Positions 62,586 through 64,000 of a DNA stretch of 64,000 nucleotides are shown one piece after another (the stretch's first letter is position 1; every line of letters starts with the position of its first letter). Made by a program: the position numbers and the translations under genes. The DNA is from an uncultured Bacteroidota bacterium (lineage in GTDB: Bacteria; Bacteroidota; Bacteroidia; Flavobacteriales; Flavobacteriaceae): positions 14,267 to 78,266 of the forward strand of contig CACOFE010000004.1 in the NCBI GenBank assembly GCA_902626365.1. Reading direction: 5' to 3'. The notes below the pieces were generated by a model. It saw nothing but the letters and a program-made list of their open reading frames with translations. It had not been told where the DNA came from and ran no database searches.

Positions 62586-63092
62586 ATGAAAAATATTACA
62601 TACTTATTTACTTTATGTCTGATCTTAACTTCTTGTGGTCAAGAATGTGAGGTTGAGTCCAATGGATTTGCCCCTATGGAGGGTCAAACAGTTATGATGG
62701 GAAGTCAAGCATCAGTTGATGTTGTTATTGCAATGGATAAGGTTTGGGCAGAAAGAGATTATGATGCTTTAAAATCTTTTATTGCAGATGGGGCTAGTCT
62801 ACAATTTTATAATGGTACAACTGCAAGTAATGGAGATGAGTTTGTTGCGATTATTGAGAAACAATATCAGGATGGACTTGCAGAAGGAAATTCTGGGGAA
62901 TGGGTATTTAGATACGCATTTTCTATTAAGCCCTCCAAACCTGAGGGAACAGATCATCCTAACAACAGAGGAGAATGGGTTAATGCTGGGTTTGCAGGAT
63001 CTGATGGAAGTAACTATAATGAATGGTATCAGGTTGAGAATGGAAAAATTATTTCTTGGTCACAAACCAGAGGCGTAACTTCTGCTGAATAA
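62586..63092 (+). CDS. NTF2/SnoaL-like lipoprotein
   Basis: Lipobox LILTSC|G. About 150 aa mature alpha+beta protein ending NEWYQVENGKIISW. A degenerate R2/R3-type leader lies upstream in the same relative orientation (62520-62565). Confidence 0.55.
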   Translation: MKNITYLFTLCLILTSCGQECEVESNGFAPMEGQTVMMGSQASVDVVIAMDKVWAERDYDALKSFIADGASLQFYNGTTASNGDEFVAIIEKQYQDGLAEGNSGEWVFRYAFSIKPSKPEGTDHPNNRGEWVNAGFAGSDGSNYNEWYQVENGKIISWSQTRGVTSAE

Positions 63093-63100
63093 ATTTTTTA

Positions 63101-63147
63101 TTAACTCTATACTAATAAAAATATTTATGATATTAGTATAGAGTTAA
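63101..63147. terminator. perfect 17-bp inverted repeat between convergent genes (bidirectional terminator candidate)
   Basis: TTAACTCTATACTAATA, a 13-nt loop, then TATTAGTATAGAGTTAA. T-rich on both sides. Confidence 0.55.
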
Positions 63148-63177
63148 TATTTTAATTTAAGTATTTAAAGAATTGGT

Positions 63178-63405
63178 TTAGTTGCAGGGTCCATCTTCAT
63201 ATGCAATAACCCCATAAAAATTAAAAGCCTCACAGCTATTTCCATAGGTGTTTCCGTCACATCCGCATACAGGCTGATATTCTTCAGTGCAAGCATAATC
63301 TAAATTGATTAATGACTCATCAACACACATATTTGGCACATCCTCATTATCACTACTACAATTAAATACAAGTGGAATAAATAGTAATAGTATTAACTTT
63401 TTCAT
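63178..63405 (-). CDS. Kazal-type protease-inhibitor-domain lipoprotein
   Basis: Shared head and lipobox LVFNC|SSD. Kazal signature C..EYQPVCGCDGNTYGNSCEA....C. Confidence 0.75.
   Translation of the reverse strand: MKKLILLLFIPLVFNCSSDNEDVPNMCVDESLINLDYACTEEYQPVCGCDGNTYGNSCEAFNFYGVIAYEDGPCN
63386..63405 (-). repeat. signal-peptide head repeat, copy 7 (intact, Kazal gene; 1 mismatch)
   Basis: aatagtattaactttttcat. The 37-nt stretch 63369-63405 matches 56761-56797 at 35/37. Confidence 0.85.
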
Positions 63406-63491
63406 TTTTTAAATTGAATATAGATTAAACATAAAGTTACTATTATCGAGCAAACAATTATAACTTTATTATACCACTTTAACTTTTTCAT
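63402..63491 (-). CDS. possible 29-aa single-TM ORF ending LIYIQFKK
   Basis: ATGAAAAAGTTAAAG start (head-like). ATGA overlaps at both ends. Below the ORF-track cut-off. Confidence 0.35.
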   Translation of the reverse strand: MKKLKWYNKVIIVCSIIVTLCLIYIQFKK

Positions 63492-63664
63492 TTCTTTTTC
63501 TCTTTTTTGAATTTATAAAGTAAATAGATAAGAAATATAATAAATACTACAAGTAGAGTAATTTCTAAATTTTTTTCTGCAAATTTTCTTGCTGCACCAA
63601 TTATAGGTAAATCATCAATAAATTTAAGCAGATATTTAAGAAGTTTTAATAAGAACTTCCCCAT
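63488..63664 (-). CDS. 58-aa membrane-anchored ORF ending LIYLLYKFKKEKKK
   Basis: Translated by hand. Its TGA overlaps the next ATG, and it starts 1 nt after the upstream stop. Confidence 0.45.
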   Translation of the reverse strand: MGKFLLKLLKYLLKFIDDLPIIGAARKFAEKNLEITLLVVFIIFLIYLLYKFKKEKKK

Positions 63665-63665
63665 A

Positions 63666-64000
63666 TTATTTAAATTTTCCTTTTACTTCTGTGAAAAATA
63701 AAAATGCTATAATTACACCATCTAAAAGGATCAATGCATTCTCACTAAATTCTAAAAAAGGGGTAAAAGGCGTTACACTCGTGAGAATATATGAATCATC
63801 TGAAATCACGAAATAACTAATAGCGCCCATTATAAGATAAAATATAAATAACTTTTTACCAATAGGTTTTAGTTTATATAAGAAATACCACATAAAAGGA
63901 ATCAAAATTAAAAGTATAATAAAGAAAATTCCTTCTATTATAGTTGGCTCAGAGTCAACCTCTTCATAAGGAAAATAAGTTTGTTCAACTATGAATAATA
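63666..64000 (-). CDS. membrane protein, 5' end probably beyond the window
   Basis: The frame stays open from 63905 to base 64000 (…EEVDSEPTIIEGIFFIILLILIPFMWYF…). The listed TTG at 63905 may not be the real start. Confidence 0.45.
   Translation of the reverse strand, partial: LFIVEQTYFPYEEVDSEPTIIEGIFFIILLILIPFMWYFLYKLKPIGKKLFIFYLIMGAISYFVISDDSYILTSVTPFTPFLEFSENALILLDGVIIAFLFFTEVKGKFK

Noticed and set aside
60412-63905. Phage lysis cassette (holin-like small TM proteins with basic tails plus spanin-like lipoproteins)
   Set aside because: There is no endolysin, terminase, capsid or any other phage gene. There are too many repeated small ORFs, and the lipoproteins are larger, domain-bearing proteins.
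55500-64000. Classical integron cassette array (attC sites)
   Set aside because: The junction repeats do not fit the attC pattern: there are no RYYYAAC...GTTRRRY inverted cores and no imperfect palindrome of 60-120 nt at cassette 3' ends. They sit at the 5' side of genes and follow gene orientation. No intI is visible. Only the general architecture is integron-like.
55434-64000. Integrative element bounded by a direct repeat of the tRNA-Asn 3' end
   Set aside because: I scanned the island for the tRNA 3' segment (GGTTCGAGCCCAAGAGGGGGAG or its complement) and found no second copy inside the window. No integrase gene is adjacent to the tRNA. A distal att site beyond 64000 cannot be excluded.

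Overview
AT-rich Flavobacteriia-type (Bacteroidota) chromosome segment. Lineage hallmarks seen here: gldH, a SprE/PorW-like TPR lipoprotein, a T9SS C-terminal sorting domain, a GH3 family gene, TAnnTTTG-type promoter boxes, and an atp operon without atpDC. Bases 1-55.3 kb are tightly packed core genome. They hold pgk, cell-wall enzymes, a 9 kb Wzx/Wzy polysaccharide locus with a sulfotransferase (5.4-14.4 kb), purD, and SprE-bactofilin-atpZ/B/E/F/H/A/G. They also hold dut, trpS, recA, trhO, gldH, PBP1A, an acetoacetyl-CoA synthetase/ABC/serine-hydrolase block, a histidine kinase, a redox/metal block (bacilliredoxin, ZIP, P19-like, SCO) and rseP. A tRNA-Asn(GTT) with its own promoter box and terminator sits at 55360-55493. 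Everything after it (55.5-64.0 kb, running off the window) looks accessory. It is a mostly minus-strand array of small, mutually unrelated lipoproteins and secreted proteins (YHYH, NTF2-like x2, S51 peptidase with T9SS CTD, CIA30, Kazal) and tiny 1-2 TM proteins. These genes are joined by repeats that I could align by eye. (i) A 20-37 nt signal-peptide head (ATGAAAAAGCTAATACTATT, MKKLILL) occurs 7 times, including 3 decapitated remnants. (ii) A 53-nt and a 31-nt upstream junction element recur, and a degenerate copy abuts the tRNA terminator. (iii) ATGA stop/start coupling recurs between small TM ORFs with LIY..KK tails and the lipoprotein head. This cassette-like, recombination-scarred array is the most interesting candidate in the window. 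It resembles an integron or a recombinase-associated immunity-gene array, but no recombinase is visible inside the window. Its function is unknown and every functional reading below is inference.
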